Source of the DNA: Octopus vulgaris
Taxonomy: Eukaryota
Direction of reading: 5' to 3'
Assembly: GCA_951406725.2 (NCBI GenBank)
Contig: OX597829.1
Span: 55,924,001-55,988,000 of the forward strand
Length of the DNA: 64,000 nucleotides
The notes beneath the pieces are model-generated. The model had not been told where the DNA came from. It made no database searches and saw only the letters and a program-made list of their open reading frames with translations. Position numbers and translations under genes: made by a program. Below, one piece after another: positions 1-13,613 of this stretch (positions are counted from its first letter, which is position 1; each line of letters opens with the position of its first letter).

Positions 1-1914
1 TGTTGTTGTTATCCGCCGCTCCTCTCCATCTTTCTACTCCCCACCACCACCACCAGCCACTTCGCTTTTTATTTGTGCCCGTTACATGACAGAGTTTATG
101 AATAGTCCTATGGTTTTTCGGAGATCGTAAGAACTTACAAGTTAACGGTCACCTTTTTCAGCCTACATGTTATTTCTCATCACCTTCGCTCATTGTATTT
201 GAACATTCCGCACTTGAAAGGTGACAATGAATCAGGACCAAATGTTGTCACCGATGCTTCTGATCCTCTTGTTACCCATGTATCGTACTGATCCTCGTAC
301 TACGACCTTACTCGACTATAGATGGGTATCCGCCGCATTATATCCGTATCAGCATCGACCTTAGTCTTGGCTAAGAAGGCAACACCCTATGCTTTGGTTA
401 AGTCGATTGGCAGCACATGAATCCATACAATGAACAAATCCTCCTTCTATTGTTTCACCAAGGACACAGAGAAATACTCACTGTTTCTTCGCGAAGCAAA
501 AATATGCCACGTCTCTGTTCATTAGCTCTATCGCAAATCCTTGGAAAGTCAATACAGTCTTTTGCGACAGCTCATACTTTTTTCAAACAAGACTTCATCC
601 AATCAAATTTTCCCAATGCTAATTTGTAAAATTCTTGCTGGGGCAACTTATATTAGAGAGTGAGTACTGTTGTTGTTGCTACCTGAATCACTAAAGCTAC
701 TTCTAGTGTTATTATGATATGTCCTGGTTTCCAATATTATGTTTTCCTTTTAAAGTATTATGCATATTTTTGCAAAGCATTCGTGTTCTGTCTCTTCTTT
801 TTGTTTACTGTTTGAAGAAACGTTTGTTATAACTCGGGATACTGCGAGCGGGAAGACATTTTTAATTTACAATTGAAAATATTTTCTCAAAATGAAGTCC
901 ATATCTAAAACTTCCTCCTTGGAAGCGATATCTGTAAAGTAATTTTTGCAGGCAAAGATGTACGTTGTTGCCATTGCGAAGCGAATCGCCAAAATCACTC
1001 TGATCAGAAAAGTAATTTTCAAGATTTAAATTGCATGTGTTTTGGTGCAAAGCCTTCCGGTTCATATTCACTTTTATTTGAAGCCTATATTATGTAATAA
1101 TCAGGACAAGTTCCAATTGCGCTACCCCTTCACTGTAGTAAGGATTTCGGGGTAGGTTTGTATCTCACTATATTCGCGATATGCCTAGACTTTTTCTTGG
1201 ACTTGAATGCTCTTCTTATTGTTTGTCAAATTACTAAAACTATTCTTAGGGTTAGTATCGATAAAATAAAAGTATCATAAGTTTTCCTTTCACATTATAT
1301 GAAATCTTCTGCAAATTATCCCAGTTCGTACTTTATTCGTTGTCAGTTTAATGCTTAAAGTGTGTTTTTATAGTTCGAAATTTGTGTGAGTGGATATGAA
1401 CTAGTCCATTTCGTCAATATACGAAAGGGGAAAACTTGTTTGCAAAATAAAGATATTACCAGTACATTTCAACTGTTTCAAGGAAGAATTCCTTAGTCTC
1501 ATATGAACGTCCACTCAGCCTAACATGTTACAATGTAAAAGTAGCTTTAAAATTGAACATATTGACAAGCTACCATGTCGCACATAATAAGCTTGAAATT
1601 ACCAATGGTATGATAATTATCGCCATTGCAAAACCAAACGATTGTGTAGAAGCAAAAGGAAAAAGCTAAGGTACCACATCGATCAACATACAGTTGGAGC
1701 GATGTAGAGTCAGATCTGTGAAGGCTTTGACGGTTGAGTTACAAGGATAGATACACAGTAATATGCAGATAGTAACGTCCCAGGAGAAAAACGAAACGAT
1801 ACAAGGTGTGCGAGGTATTTGAAGATATATTTGGTAATTCAAAAAGACAACTTTAATTTATCAAAAACCAAATAAAATTTCGTGGACAAGTTGTCGATAA
1901 GCCTTCTTCTAAGA

Positions 1915-2307
1915 TTATTCTGTGACTCCACCTTTATCTTTAATGATTGTTTCAATGCAGGACCGGAATATTTGACAAGCCTACACCAAATAGCTTTTAC
2001 TTATTTCAGAAATCACCTGAACAATGACAGCCTTCAGTGAAGCTATGGCATTGTGTGGATGTTGTCTAGTCTTCCTGTCAACATTGCTCCAAACGTTATA
2101 GTCCATGGCATTTAAATCTGATTTGGAGGTTACAATTTTGATGACACGTGATCATAAAAATTTGTCTAACATCTATTCTTGCCTTACGTAAGCTTTGTGA
2201 AGTGCCGAGACTTGTTGAAACTCGTATGGCCTTTCATTGAGTACTTCATCCATCCAGGGCTTAACAACTCTCTCTCCCCCTCTCTCTCTATATATATATA
2301 TACATAT

Positions 2308-2370
<63 letters not shown>

Positions 2371-2910
2371 CGTGTGTATGTATATATACCTGATACTCTT
2401 CAACGTATCCAGCAACATTAATTCTAAGGCCCCAGTTAAAGATATGAGGTGGCATAACATGATATCCGTTACTCACCATTCCTAAAACCATCATAGTTGC
2501 TGGGAACTTAGTGGACATCCCTCTGTGAACACGACCAGGATCTGCACATACCCATCTGTCATTTCTCCTGTTGTACTTTTGGTCTTGGTCGAAATTTGTC
2601 TCGTCAGAGACAAACCAAAGTATACCATGTTCGTAAGAGCTTTTAGCCTTACTAAATAACTGCTTGGTACAGATCAAACGGTTTTCTTCTGCTTTTGCTG
2701 AAACGATTTGGCCTCTCCTCAGTACATACGACTTGTGTCGAACGTCCTCATGCACCACAGTTCTGATAGTCCGTATGCCGACACCTGAAGGCTTTTGACG
2801 AGGACTCTTACTAATTATCTGAAATCATCATCAAAAAGTATTATCCATAACCGCTGGATGAATTAAAGTGTCCTTATGGTGTCTGAACGCTTAAATTTTG
2901 TCTATCTCCT
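1915..2910 (-). mobile_element. Degenerate Tc1/mariner transposase, maT/DD37D-like, split by a (TA)n/(GA)n microsatellite
   Basis: Motifs WFVSDETNFDQDQKYNRRNDRW, KFPATMMVLGMVS, HVMPPHIF, VKPWMDEV..RPYEFQQVSALHKA, PDLNAMDYNVW; stops and frameshifts; microsatellite at about 2270-2388. Confidence 0.8.
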
Positions 2911-2923
2911 TGATACAGTCAGA

Positions 2924-2995
<72 letters not shown>

Positions 2996-3157
2996 ACGAT
3001 AAATTAAGGCGGCATAAAGGCATGTTTTTAATCCTGTCTGTATGAAATGTTTTGTATTTTATGTTGAGCTCTTCATATGGCTAACAAATAAACCATCATT
3101 ATTTTTATTATAATTAGTATTAGTTTTTAAACGTTAAGGAAATTCAATATTTTCCCA

Positions 3158-3234
<77 letters not shown>

Positions 3235-3417
3235 TATTATTATTATCATTATTCTGTATCGAAATAAAAACTTCGTTTAAGAAGGTGACAATGAGGTGCA
3301 CCGCATTGACTTGACCACAAAAGCGAAACGCGTCTGTCTTTCTCTGACTTCCTGCAGCGACCATATACAATGTGTTTTCCCACAGCTACACACGCGCACG
3401 CACGCACGCACGCACAC

Positions 3418-3492
<75 letters not shown>

Positions 3493-3744
3493 TCGTCTAA
3501 AAATTGGAGAAATTATGACATATAAGAGAAAACGTAAGGATCCCAGAAAACGAATATCAAAACAAAATAACCAATGAAAGCAATTCAAGGAACGTTGAAA
3601 GAGAACAAGTAAAACCGCTGAGCGTCCATACGAAGCGAATATTTTTAAAAGTTACACAAAAGAGCAAATAGAAGATAGCAAGACATTCAGACTTTTCTCG
3701 CTCAACCAACGATATATGACGTATAAAATTGTAGATTTATGCAT

Positions 3745-3824
3745 TAAGTCCCGGGGTCGATTTGCTCGACTAAAGGTGGTGCTCCAGCATGGCCGCAGTC
3801 AAATGACTGAAACGAGTAAAAGAG
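3745..3824 (+). mobile_element. 3' fragment of SINE family A
   Basis: Near-identical to the 3' end of 33463-33909 (GGGGTCGATTTGCTCGACTAAAGG...GACTGAAAC). Confidence 0.8.
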
Positions 3825-3904
3825 AAAAAGAGAAAAAGCATAAAGTATTAGCAAAACTCATCGCCACACTGCTCCAGTTCATCTTTTCTCTTCCACTTAA
3901 CTCT

Positions 3905-4182
3905 TGGGGTGGCACTCCGTCGGGTACAAGAGGCTGAGCACTCCATAGACACATGAATTAATCCTTAGCGTAGATCTCTCAAGGAGATTCAGTGGGACAC
4001 ACAGAGTGTGACAAGGTTGACCTCCTTTGGAATTACTGGTACAACCCATTTTTGCCAGCCGAGTGGACTGGAGCAACGTAAAACAAAAAGTGTCTCGCTG
4101 AAGGTCTCAACGCGCCGCCGGTTTTCGAATTCACAGCCTTACGTTCGTGATCCGAATACTCCTAGCAACCAAGCAATGCGCC
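3905..4182 (-). mobile_element. tRNA-derived SINE family C
   Basis: Minus strand begins GGCGCATTGCTTGGTTGCTAGG with A/B-box-like segments, then CCTTCAGCGAGACACTT; related to 8851 and 39435 copies. Confidence 0.6.
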
Positions 4183-4924
4183 TGTTTCTACACGGTGTTA
4201 ACGTATTTAAACATATTAAAACTGGCTAGATTCAGATACAAATGATGTGAAAGGACACTCAATGCCTTTTGTATAAAGATAACTCTTTATCGCATGCTGC
4301 AGGTGGCCATGCACCTAGAAATTTTACTATTAACTGAACGCTTGAAAAACTGATATTAAAGATATAAAAGTCTGATTGGAGAGGAAAAATTAAAAGCACT
4401 AATTTTATGTTAGATGGAATGCAGAGCTAATAGAATTGCACCAAACATAGACTTAGAAAGAATTAGAAATGTTATTTTCTTTTCTAATGAGTTAGTGTTA
4501 GAAGGAAGCGCAGTACGCATGGATCATTTTAAGGTCTCCCATAGCTGTTGATAGGAGGGGAGAAAGGTATCACCGGACCAGAACCTGACAGGAATTCTTA
4601 TATAGAATCCTTATCTAAATTCGCACAAGGATCAAGTGGGAGTGTTGAACCAGGTAACAGATTAGATCTATCGACCAGAAAGGAAAATTATCTCTAACAT
4701 GTTTCAAATAAATTTCTCAGTCGTTGTTAACTAAATCTCATTTATAAAGGCATTTGTTAATAAGAAGTAATGATAGAAAGCAGTTAGTAAACACGAAGTG
4801 ACGGCGTTGTAAAATCGAATCCGTAACCACAAAATTGTGAAGTGAGATCTTCGTCACGTTGCTACGCTTATGCATACACTCGTAAGGAAAATTAATTAAG
4901 AACACCAAACGTCAGTTCGGAAAG

Positions 4925-5290
4925 AAATAGGGAGAAGAGAATTTGACAGAAAAGCGTACACATACTTAGGAATTAATGAACTAGACAGTGTACAATACAA
5001 ACAAATGGAAGAATGGGAAGGAATATTGCAGACGACCTTCATTAATACTTAACACAGAATTAATGGACAGAAGCAAGGCAGTAGGCCTCAATGCTATAGT
5101 TGTTACAGTAATAAGTTACAGTTACTACAAACTTAACTACAAGCAAAAGTAAATTAGCGAGACTAGACGGAAAACCAAACTAAAATGTGATTACTATAAG
5201 CATCGTGGAAGCCGACACAGAAAGATTATTTTAATCATAAATACACGGAGTTAGGACCCTAATGCAAAGTAGAAAACTATTAAAATAATA
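4925..5290 (+). mobile_element. Highly degraded R4/Dong-like LINE RT C-terminal fragment
   Basis: YTYLGINELDSVQYKQM motif followed by remnants resembling the 9250-10315 and 29002-29490 LINE translations. Confidence 0.5.
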
Positions 5291-5557
5291 TCAACTGTAG
5301 TATTATTGCAAGTATTTAGTATTTGATTTTTTTATCGCAGTTTGCAAGTAAAACCTCAGAAGACTTTGCCAAAGTCATATGATGGAATGGAAGAAGTAAT
5401 GGTAGAATAAGTCTAGACTGATGAAGAAGAAAGAAAAAAACAATCAAACGCTGTGTTTTTGATAAATTGGTGAAAAATAACACATATATGTTTATACACA
5501 CGCAAATTCAACCCCCACACACACACAAACACACACACACACACACACACACATATA

Positions 5558-5750
5558 GGGATGGCTGTATGGTAGTAAGAAGCTTACTTTCTAAACACAT
5601 GGTTCTGGGTTCAGTCCCACTACGTGATACTTTGTGCAAGTGTGTTCTACTGTAACCTCAGGCCGACCAAAGCCTTGAGGGTGGATTTAGCAGACGAAGA
5701 CTGAAAGAAGCCCGTTGTGTATAATGCACACGCACACACACACATATATA

Positions 5751-5802
<52 letters not shown>

Positions 5803-5997
5803 TGTTTTTGTGTCTATTTGTCCCAACACCACCGTTTGAAAACCGGTGTTGATGTGTTGATGTGTTTAAGAGACCGGTAGAATAAGTACCAGGCTTAAAT
5901 GAAAAAGTAATTAGTGGGGTCTAGTCATTCGACTAAAAAATTCTTCAAGACTGTGCCTCAGCATGGCCGCAGTCTAATGAATGAAACAAGAAAAAGA
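5558..5997 (+). mobile_element. tRNA-derived SINE family A with internal (TA)n
   Basis: Colinear with 33463-33909: GGTTCAGTCCC B-box, GCAAGTGT..CTATAGCCTC, GAAACTGAAAGAAGCCCG, 3' GCATGGCCGCAGTC. Confidence 0.85.
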
Positions 5998-6005
5998 TAA
6001 AATAC

Positions 6006-6036
<31 letters not shown>

Positions 6037-6056
6037 TGTATGTATGTATGTATGTA

Positions 6057-6092
<36 letters not shown>

Positions 6093-6282
6093 CACACATA
6101 TATATAATAATAATATAAATTATATATATATATATATATAAATCGTATATATATGCATATATGGGTACCGGACGTCACCAACTGAGTAAACAACATGAAA
6201 TACGAAACCAAACATGTTAAATTTGCAAGCAAGGAGAGGAAAAAACTGGAAAACACGGCAAGTAAACACAGAGAACGACCCT

Positions 6283-7075
6283 ATACATATATATACATAC
6301 ACACATACATATATACACACATACACACACATACATACACACACATACATATGCACACACATTCATATAGATACATACATACATACATACATACATACAT
6401 ACATACATACATACATGCAAGCATACATACATACATACATACATACATACATACATACATACATACATACATACGTACATACATACATACATACATACAT
6501 ACATACATACATACATACATACATACATACGTGCATACATACATACGTACATACATACATACATACATACATACATACATACATACATACATACATACAT
6601 ACATACATACATACATACATACATACATACATACATACATACATACATACATGCATACATACATACATACATACGCACATACACAAATACATACATACAT
6701 ACATACATACGTACATACATATATCCCAAAGATGGAGCCTTATATCTTTGTTTGATATCGCCTCCTTCTTCAGTGGAAAATTTATAATAATTAAAAAGTG
6801 GAAGAGACATACATATACATACATTCATACATACATTCATACATACATACATACATACATACATACATACATACATACATACATACATACATACATACAT
6901 ACATACATACATAGATACATACATACATTCATACATACATACATACATACATACATACATACATACATACATACATACATACATACATACATACATACAT
7001 ACATACATACATACATACATACATACATACATACATACATACATGCACATACATACATACGTACATGTATGCATG
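6283..7075. repeat. Long (TACA)n microsatellite arrays
   Basis: Direct inspection; source of the YIHT/MYVC ORFs. Confidence 0.98.
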
Positions 7076-7424
7076 CATGACAGGTACGGATTGTTCCGTT
7101 CTAAATTGAGTCTCTGTCACCAAATATCCCCGCCGAGGTTGACTTTGTTTTTCATCCTTTCTATTATATAAGTACCAGCCAAGTACCGGGGTCGATGTCC
7201 TGGACGTCCCCTCCCCTCAATTGCTACTGGACTTGTGCCAAAATTTGAAACTATTATTACCAAATCCCCACAGAAAAAACATTGACAGGAATCTACATCA
7301 CAAATTATTTCGGATAGTTAAATGCCGATGTTATAATGAGACGTGTCATTTCTTACAAATCGCTCATGTATCAATGTCAGAAGCGTACACAGACGCGCGG
7401 TGACACACACGCACACACACACAG

Positions 7425-7527
<103 letters not shown>

Positions 7528-7539
7528 TAATGAAATGTT

Positions 7540-7735
7540 TCTTAATTGATGTATCGATTCGAACTGTCGAAAATATATCTCTAAGAATTTAGCGAACGCA
7601 CCTAAATACAAAGATCTGGAAATGCGGAGAAAGTAAAATAATGGGACAAGAAACAAACAAAAGAAAAAAAAAAGATTTATATTAGGTTTCTTGGGAATCA
7701 TTAAAAATGTTACAGACAAATGCACAACTAAAACC
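7540..7735 (+). mobile_element. Degraded R4/Dong LINE endonuclease-domain fragment
   Basis: LIDVSI and KYKDLE remnants, matching the 50314-50586 translation. Confidence 0.55.
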
Positions 7736-8199
7736 AAAACCGCTCACTGCCACTCCCACCACACACACACACATACATACAAGAATCGATACTTGTTCAT
7801 TTTGAAATATAGTCTCTATTCCAAAGAATGTTATCCATAATTTAGATACAATTCTTAAATCATCAAGGAATAATTCACGAAGAAAATCAATGCGCGTCCG
7901 AAGTCAGTTTAATATAAATTATGGAAGGGTCCAAGAAAAGAAGGCGAAAGTTGTTATGGGACGATGGAGTAGTACCCACTCATTCTTTCCTTCTCGCTTT
8001 CTATTTCTCTGGCACACGTACACACGCACACGTACACACACAGACACACACTCATAGTTTCCCACTCGTCTCTCTTAGACAACATTCTACGGTAAATATG
8101 TGCCAAAACATTGAGGTTATAAAAATTCTTCATTTAAAAAGCACATCGAAAAGTTTGTATGGCTAGGAAGCAAATTAATTTAATTTTCTTTATAATGCA

Positions 8200-8438
8200 T
8201 GTGAGTGGATTTTATAGACGGAAACAGAAAGAAGCCGGCCGTACATATCAGTGTGTGTGTGTCTTTGTGTTCGTCTCCCACCACAGCTTGACAAGTAATC
8301 AGTGTAAATTTGTTTTACGTCCCCCTAACTTAGCGGTTCGACAAAAGAGAACCTATAGAATACTATCAGGCTTTAAAAAATAAGTACCAGTTATAGCTCC
8401 CACATGGCCGCAGTGTAATGACTGAAACAAGATAAGAG
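8200..8438 (+). mobile_element. 5'-truncated SINE family A
   Basis: GTGAGTGGATTT..AGACGGAAAC.GAAAGAAGCC through CATGGCCGCAGT..ATGACTGAAAC. Confidence 0.75.
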
Positions 8439-8733
8439 ATCATGCTTTTACTAGTGAAACAGTAAAGTTTTATAATGTTTGAAACACTTAATGTATGTAC
8501 GCCTTCACATTTGATTTTTAGAATATTTGCTAAGTGAAAAAAATGCTCCACCACTGGGATTTGGTTAACAAATTTGAACTTTACAAAACCGTGCATATTT
8601 TATAGCGTTCCAGCGAAAGATTGCAAAGTGCACTTTAGACGAGAATCGTTAGCTTTTCCAGATTGTCACTTACTAATGTAAACACGTGCACCAATAGCTT
8701 TTGCTGTATATACCACACGATTTTTGGACTATA

Positions 8734-8797
<64 letters not shown>

Positions 8798-8850
8798 CGT
8801 GAGTGTATGTCTGTGTGTGTGTGTGTGTGTGTGAGTTTGTGTGTGTGTTA

Positions 8851-9140
8851 GGACGCATGGCCTAGTGGTTAGGGTGTTGCACTCTCGGCTGCGAGATCAT
8901 GGTTTCAATTCCTGGACAGGGTTCTACGTAGTGTTCTTCAGCAAAACACTTCGTCTCGCATTGATCTGCAATCACTTCGACACATGACGCGTAGTATAGT
9001 TGTGTACCTGTTCAGGTAATGTCGATTTGATGGAGGAAGGGATTTAATGTACGACACATACATTTGATCCCTATAAACGAATAATTTGTGCAGGTTGTTT
9101 GGCAAATGCTGAACATTCATAAATTGTCTTTGATGAGAGA
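8851..9140 (+). mobile_element. tRNA-derived SINE family C
   Basis: GGACGCATGGCCTAGTGGTTAGG A-box, GGTTTCAATTCC B-box, then GTTCTTCAGCAAAACACTT. Confidence 0.7.
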
Positions 9141-9249
9141 TTCCATCATGTGTGTGTGTGTATGTATTTCTATGTATGTATGTATGAATTTATTGAAAGA
9201 ATAGAGCAGCTACAATTTTGGAAGTAATTGTCCACAAATACTCTCCTTC

Positions 9250-10315
9250 TTGCCGATTTTACAAGAGTTTTTTTATGCTAATGATCCACCCCTTATTGCA
9301 GCCCCTATTTGTTTCACGTACTTCTCGAGATTTTTGTTCACTGTTCCCAGGGCTCCGACAATTATTGGTACTACTGCTACCTTTTTCATCGACCACAACT
9401 GCTTAACTTCCCAAGCTAACCTGCTTTTCTTTCTTCCTTATCGCATACCTTGTTGTCAGCTGGGCATGCTATATCTATGATCCAGTATAGTTTGCTTTCT
9501 TTCTCAATTAAGACTATGTCTGGCTTCCTATTCTCTATCTCATGGTCGCACTGAATCATAAAATCCCAGAGGATCTTTGCATTTTTATTTTCGACAATAC
9601 CTTCAGGTTTGTGGTCGTACCAATTTTTTGCTCTGTCAAGTCCATTCTTGTTGCAAAGTGTCCAATGTACAAGCCTGGCTATATTGTCATGGCACCTCTT
9701 ATATTCCTTCTGGGCTAATGGTGTACATTGGCTGGTAATATGCCATATGGTTTCACAGTTTTGTCCACAGATTCTGCAGTTATCACTTTCAGATGTGTTG
9801 TCTATTCTGTATTTTATGTAGTTTGTTCTTAGTGCTTGCTTTTGGGCAGCACAGATTAGAGCCTCCGTTTCCGGTTTTAAATCACTTTTAGTCATCCACA
9901 GCCATCTTTTTTCTCTGTCTGTCTTATCTTCAACATCCCTATGAAATTGACCATGCATTCTTTTCTTTGCCCACCTGTTTTCAGTTTCATTTTGAATTTC
10001 TTGTACAGTAATTTATCTTTGCAATCTTTCATCCTACACCAGCCTGATCTTCTTACTTCTAATAATAGGAGTTCTGTGGCATTTATTACATACCATGCTA
10101 TGTTGTTTTCCTCTGCTGTAATGCTGTGTTCGCATTCAATCAGTTCTCTTCCCCCTCTTTTTCTTGGTATACACAGTCCGTCTGCGTCACTTTTTGGGTG
10201 GAGTGTTCCGTATCTAGTTAGCAACTTCCTTGTCTTTCTGTCTAAGCTGTTTAGTTCGTCTACTGTCCATGCGATTACCCCTGCTCCATATCTAAGGAAT
10301 GAAACCGCCCTATGA
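9250..10315 (-). mobile_element. R4/Dong-clade non-LTR retrotransposon fragment (post-RT, CCHC knuckle, restriction-like endonuclease)
   Basis: LRYGAGVIAWTVDELNSLDRKTRKLL, MHGQFHR, CRICGQNCETIWHITSQC, ILWDFMIQCD..RKPDIVLIEK..IIDIACPAD; frameshifted. Confidence 0.92.
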
Positions 10316-10647
10316 GCTGTAAGTAAACCAAAAAAGAACATGACGTAACTCTGTCAGACAATCCATGCTTTCTGCATACCATTGGTCCCCGTTCTGGAGA
10401 ACTAATAAAAGATGTAGAGAAGAGATTTATCGTAAAAACTGTAGGTAGAAGGTGATTCTCCATTTTGACCAAAGCCGTAATACCTAAAACGAACCGTAGG
10501 ACCAAAGATCACTACGTATTTCCCCCCATAACTTATCGATACCCTGCAAGGATATACAATTTCCTCTATGTTTTTTCATTTACATATTTTTACAGAAATA
10601 TACTGCTGTATTATAATAATTATAATTTTAATTTTTATCTTTTACAG

Positions 10648-10878
10648 ATAGCTGCTTCTTACTCGCCAATGCCCGAATTGTCGATTATCCAATTGTATAT
10701 TGTAACGATGGCTTTTGCAAACTTTCCGGTTACAACCGAGCTGAAGTCATGCAAAAGAGTAGCACATGCAGCTTCATGTATGGAGAACTCACAGACAAAA
10801 ATATACTCGAGAAGGTTCGTGTATCCTTTGAGAAATTACAACAGGAACAGGTTGAAATTCTACTGTATAAAAAGAACA
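10648..10878 (+). CDS. eag: Eag/Kv10 (KCNH1/5-like) voltage-gated K+ channel, internal coding exon encoding the PAS domain core
   Basis: Polypyrimidine tract and ttttacAG acceptor, A|GTAAGT donor; 231 nt, phase 1/1. Translates (D)[76 protein letters not shown], the conserved Eag PAS sequence. Confidence 0.95.
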
Positions 10879-11132
10879 GTAAGTTTCCTTCGCAATTTCT
10901 TTATTTCATCTAATTAGTTATTACTATTATTTTTTAACGTCAACTCTAAATTAAGTTACATTTGATTATTATCTAAAAAATATCCTATTTTATTTTGAAA
11001 TCATAACCTTCATTAAAAAGAAGTTATCATAATCTGATATAATACTGTAATATCCATGGTATTTTTGGTTTTTATATGTTACTCATTAAGTAAAGAGACT
11101 GAGTAGTAAAACACTCCGATATAATGTACTCA

Positions 11133-11349
11133 TAGGAGGGTGTGCCGAAAAGTTCCTGGCTTGGGGTAAAAGAAAATCCAAAAGGTTCAATTAATTATGA
11201 TTTTATTAAACATATTCCCCTCTGAGATTCACACACTTATTGAGGCGGTTTTTCAGTTTTTCTAAGCGCTCTAAAAGAACTCGGATGGTTGAGCCAGGCA
11301 TTTCACAATACTGTTAAAAGCCGGAATTTTTTCAGCCCCACCCCTCGTA
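11133..11349. mobile_element. Mariner-type MITE
   Basis: Imperfect TIRs GAGGGTGTGCCGAAAAGTTCCTGGCTT / AAGCCGGAATTTTTTCAGCCCCACCCCTCGTA with TA ends. Confidence 0.65.
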
Positions 11350-11819
11350 CATAATCCGTTGTTTTATGCCCAAAATAAATGGTATTTTTTTTGTTGGAAA
11401 ATAGCTATATATCCACAGAAGAAATATTTAGAGTACAGGGAAAACAATACTTAAATAAAAGAAACATCTAATTAAGCAAAATATTTATTAGCTTTTCCCT
11501 TTTTCCCCCTTATACAATATTATATATAGCATTCCCTGTCTAGGAAATTTTCAAAATTTTGATAATCAATGTCTTGCAGGCAACATTTGTCGTGAATATA
11601 TCATTCATATGATTAGAACGCCTGTAACATCCTCTTCTGTAGTAAATTGACTTAGATCGGAAAAATAATCCGTACGTGCGAAACAAGAGAGGGAGAAAGG
11701 AAGAGAAAGATACAGAGATAAAAAGGGAAAAGTGAGAGAGAAGGAAGTAAAAAAAGAAAAAGAGAATGAGAGAAAGCGAGGCAAAGAAAGAAGAAAGAGA
11801 GGGAGATATGTGTGTGTAT

Positions 11820-12279
11820 ATCACAAGGGCATACAAATGCGCCTATCTGCTAGAAATAAGATATAAACCCTCATTTAAACCACTAATAATTACACTGAAA
11901 ATTATGACAGAAAATCAACGGTAGTCGGGCAAACAAGCCAAAACACTTTCACATACCTATATAGCCCAATGCTATATATTTCTTAGTATTTGGAAACGCA
12001 AGGACCGCGGTTTCAGTTTTGACATACAGTTTTACCTTCCTCAGTAAGTATTACCGGTTGAAAAACCTTTTCAACCCGCCCAAGATCCGGTTCACACGTA
12101 TCCAAATACTAAGAAATATATAGCATTGGACTATATAGGTATGTGAAAGTTTAGTTTTGGCCCGTTCGCCCAACTACTGTTGATTTTCTGTCGTAACTTT
12201 CAATGTAATTATTGATGGTTTAAATGAGGGCTTTAACTCTTATTTCTAGCAGACAGGCACATTTGTGTGCTCTTATGAT
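11820..12279. repeat. Fold-back element (about 180-bp inverted arms) with a degenerate hammerhead core in the spacer
   Basis: Arms 11820-11998 / 12097-12279. Minus strand of 12003-12044 reads CTGAGGA..GAAACCGCGGTC; stem I pairs poorly. Confidence 0.85.
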
Positions 12280-12397
12280 TGCTATAAATTTTAATTCTAT
12301 AGGTACATAATGTTATTTTAGACCTGCAACCGCTTACGTTATTGTTGTTATTATTATCAACTAATTATATTAGCGTGGTGGATAAAAATAACAATGA

Positions 12398-12437
<40 letters not shown>

Positions 12438-12539
12438 GGAGTAAACACATAAATGTGAAACAAGGTGGAAAAAAGAGTACTCAAATACCAGTGGTAGAGT
12501 AATATGCTTTATTTAAAGCAGCAGAAAATTCAACAAAAC

Positions 12540-12577
12540 CTGTTACTCTGAGTTTCCCGTTGCCGTTCATCAGACAG
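12540..12577 (-). ncRNA. Minimal type-I hammerhead ribozyme motif
   Basis: Minus strand ctgt-CTGATGA-ACGGCAACGG-GAAA-CTCAGAG-TA-acag. Confidence 0.7.
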
Positions 12578-12644
12578 TTTTTGCATATATATATATATAT
12601 TAGCCAGAATGAGATAACAAAGCCAAGACATTTATAATGAAATA

Positions 12645-12692
12645 GCCTTACAGCTGTTTCTGGGATACTATGGATATCCTTTCATCAGAGAC
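12645..12692 (-). ncRNA. Minimal type-I hammerhead ribozyme motif
   Basis: Minus strand gtct-CTGATGA-aaGGATAtccatagTATCCca-GAAA-CAGCTG-TA-aggc; palindromic stem III. Confidence 0.7.
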
Positions 12693-12699
12693 GATGTGA

Positions 12700-12766
<67 letters not shown>

Positions 12767-12963
12767 GGTAGTTGAATGAATTATCCTATGTTTATCGTCA
12801 GCATGGAAAATTCATTTAACCGAAACCTGGGTAGCAAATTCACGTCAGAAACACGGTTGAAGCAACCTGTCAAGGGTAGAAACTCCGGGTTCATGTGTAG
12901 AAATTTGTGTGTTGTATATGAATAAATGAAAGAATGGAGTCGAACGAAGATGTTAACAAAATT

Positions 12964-13056
12964 CCTTTACTCTCGACACATGTTTCGAAGACAGCATGTT
13001 TTCATTCCAAAGGAATAAAGGGTGCATTATGCAATCTTCTCATCAGGAAAGAAAGG
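12964..13056 (-). ncRNA. Hammerhead ribozyme motif with extended stem II
   Basis: Minus strand cctttctttc-CTGATGA-GAAGA...TCTTC-GAAA-CATGTG-TC-gagagtaaagg. Confidence 0.7.
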
Positions 13057-13189
13057 GAGCCTCTCTCGACAACAAGACAAACAAAAATTTCGATGATTGC
13101 CTACATGGTAAACAAAGCGATAATGAGTGTTTTCTTAAAAAAAACGTTAGAAGAATTGACGTCTTCGTTCGACTCCATTCTTTCATTTA

Positions 13190-13239
<50 letters not shown>

Positions 13240-13354
13240 TATATACATGAATACACACATGTACAGAGAGAGAAAGAGAAAGAGGGAGAGAAAGTGAGAG
13301 AGAAAGTGATAGTGAAAAGAAAAAATACAGATAGAAAGAAAAATATAGTGACAC

Positions 13355-13613
<259 letters not shown>

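Noticed and set aside
400-1500. Possible ancient Penelope RT/GIY-YIG remnant on the minus strand (RGSAIGT-like peptide)
   Set aside because: Too degenerate to support by eye; needs tBLASTn or HMM.
10465-10917. 150-aa ORF overlapping the Eag exon
   Set aside because: Wrong frame; the real coding frame is defined by the splice sites and PAS homology.
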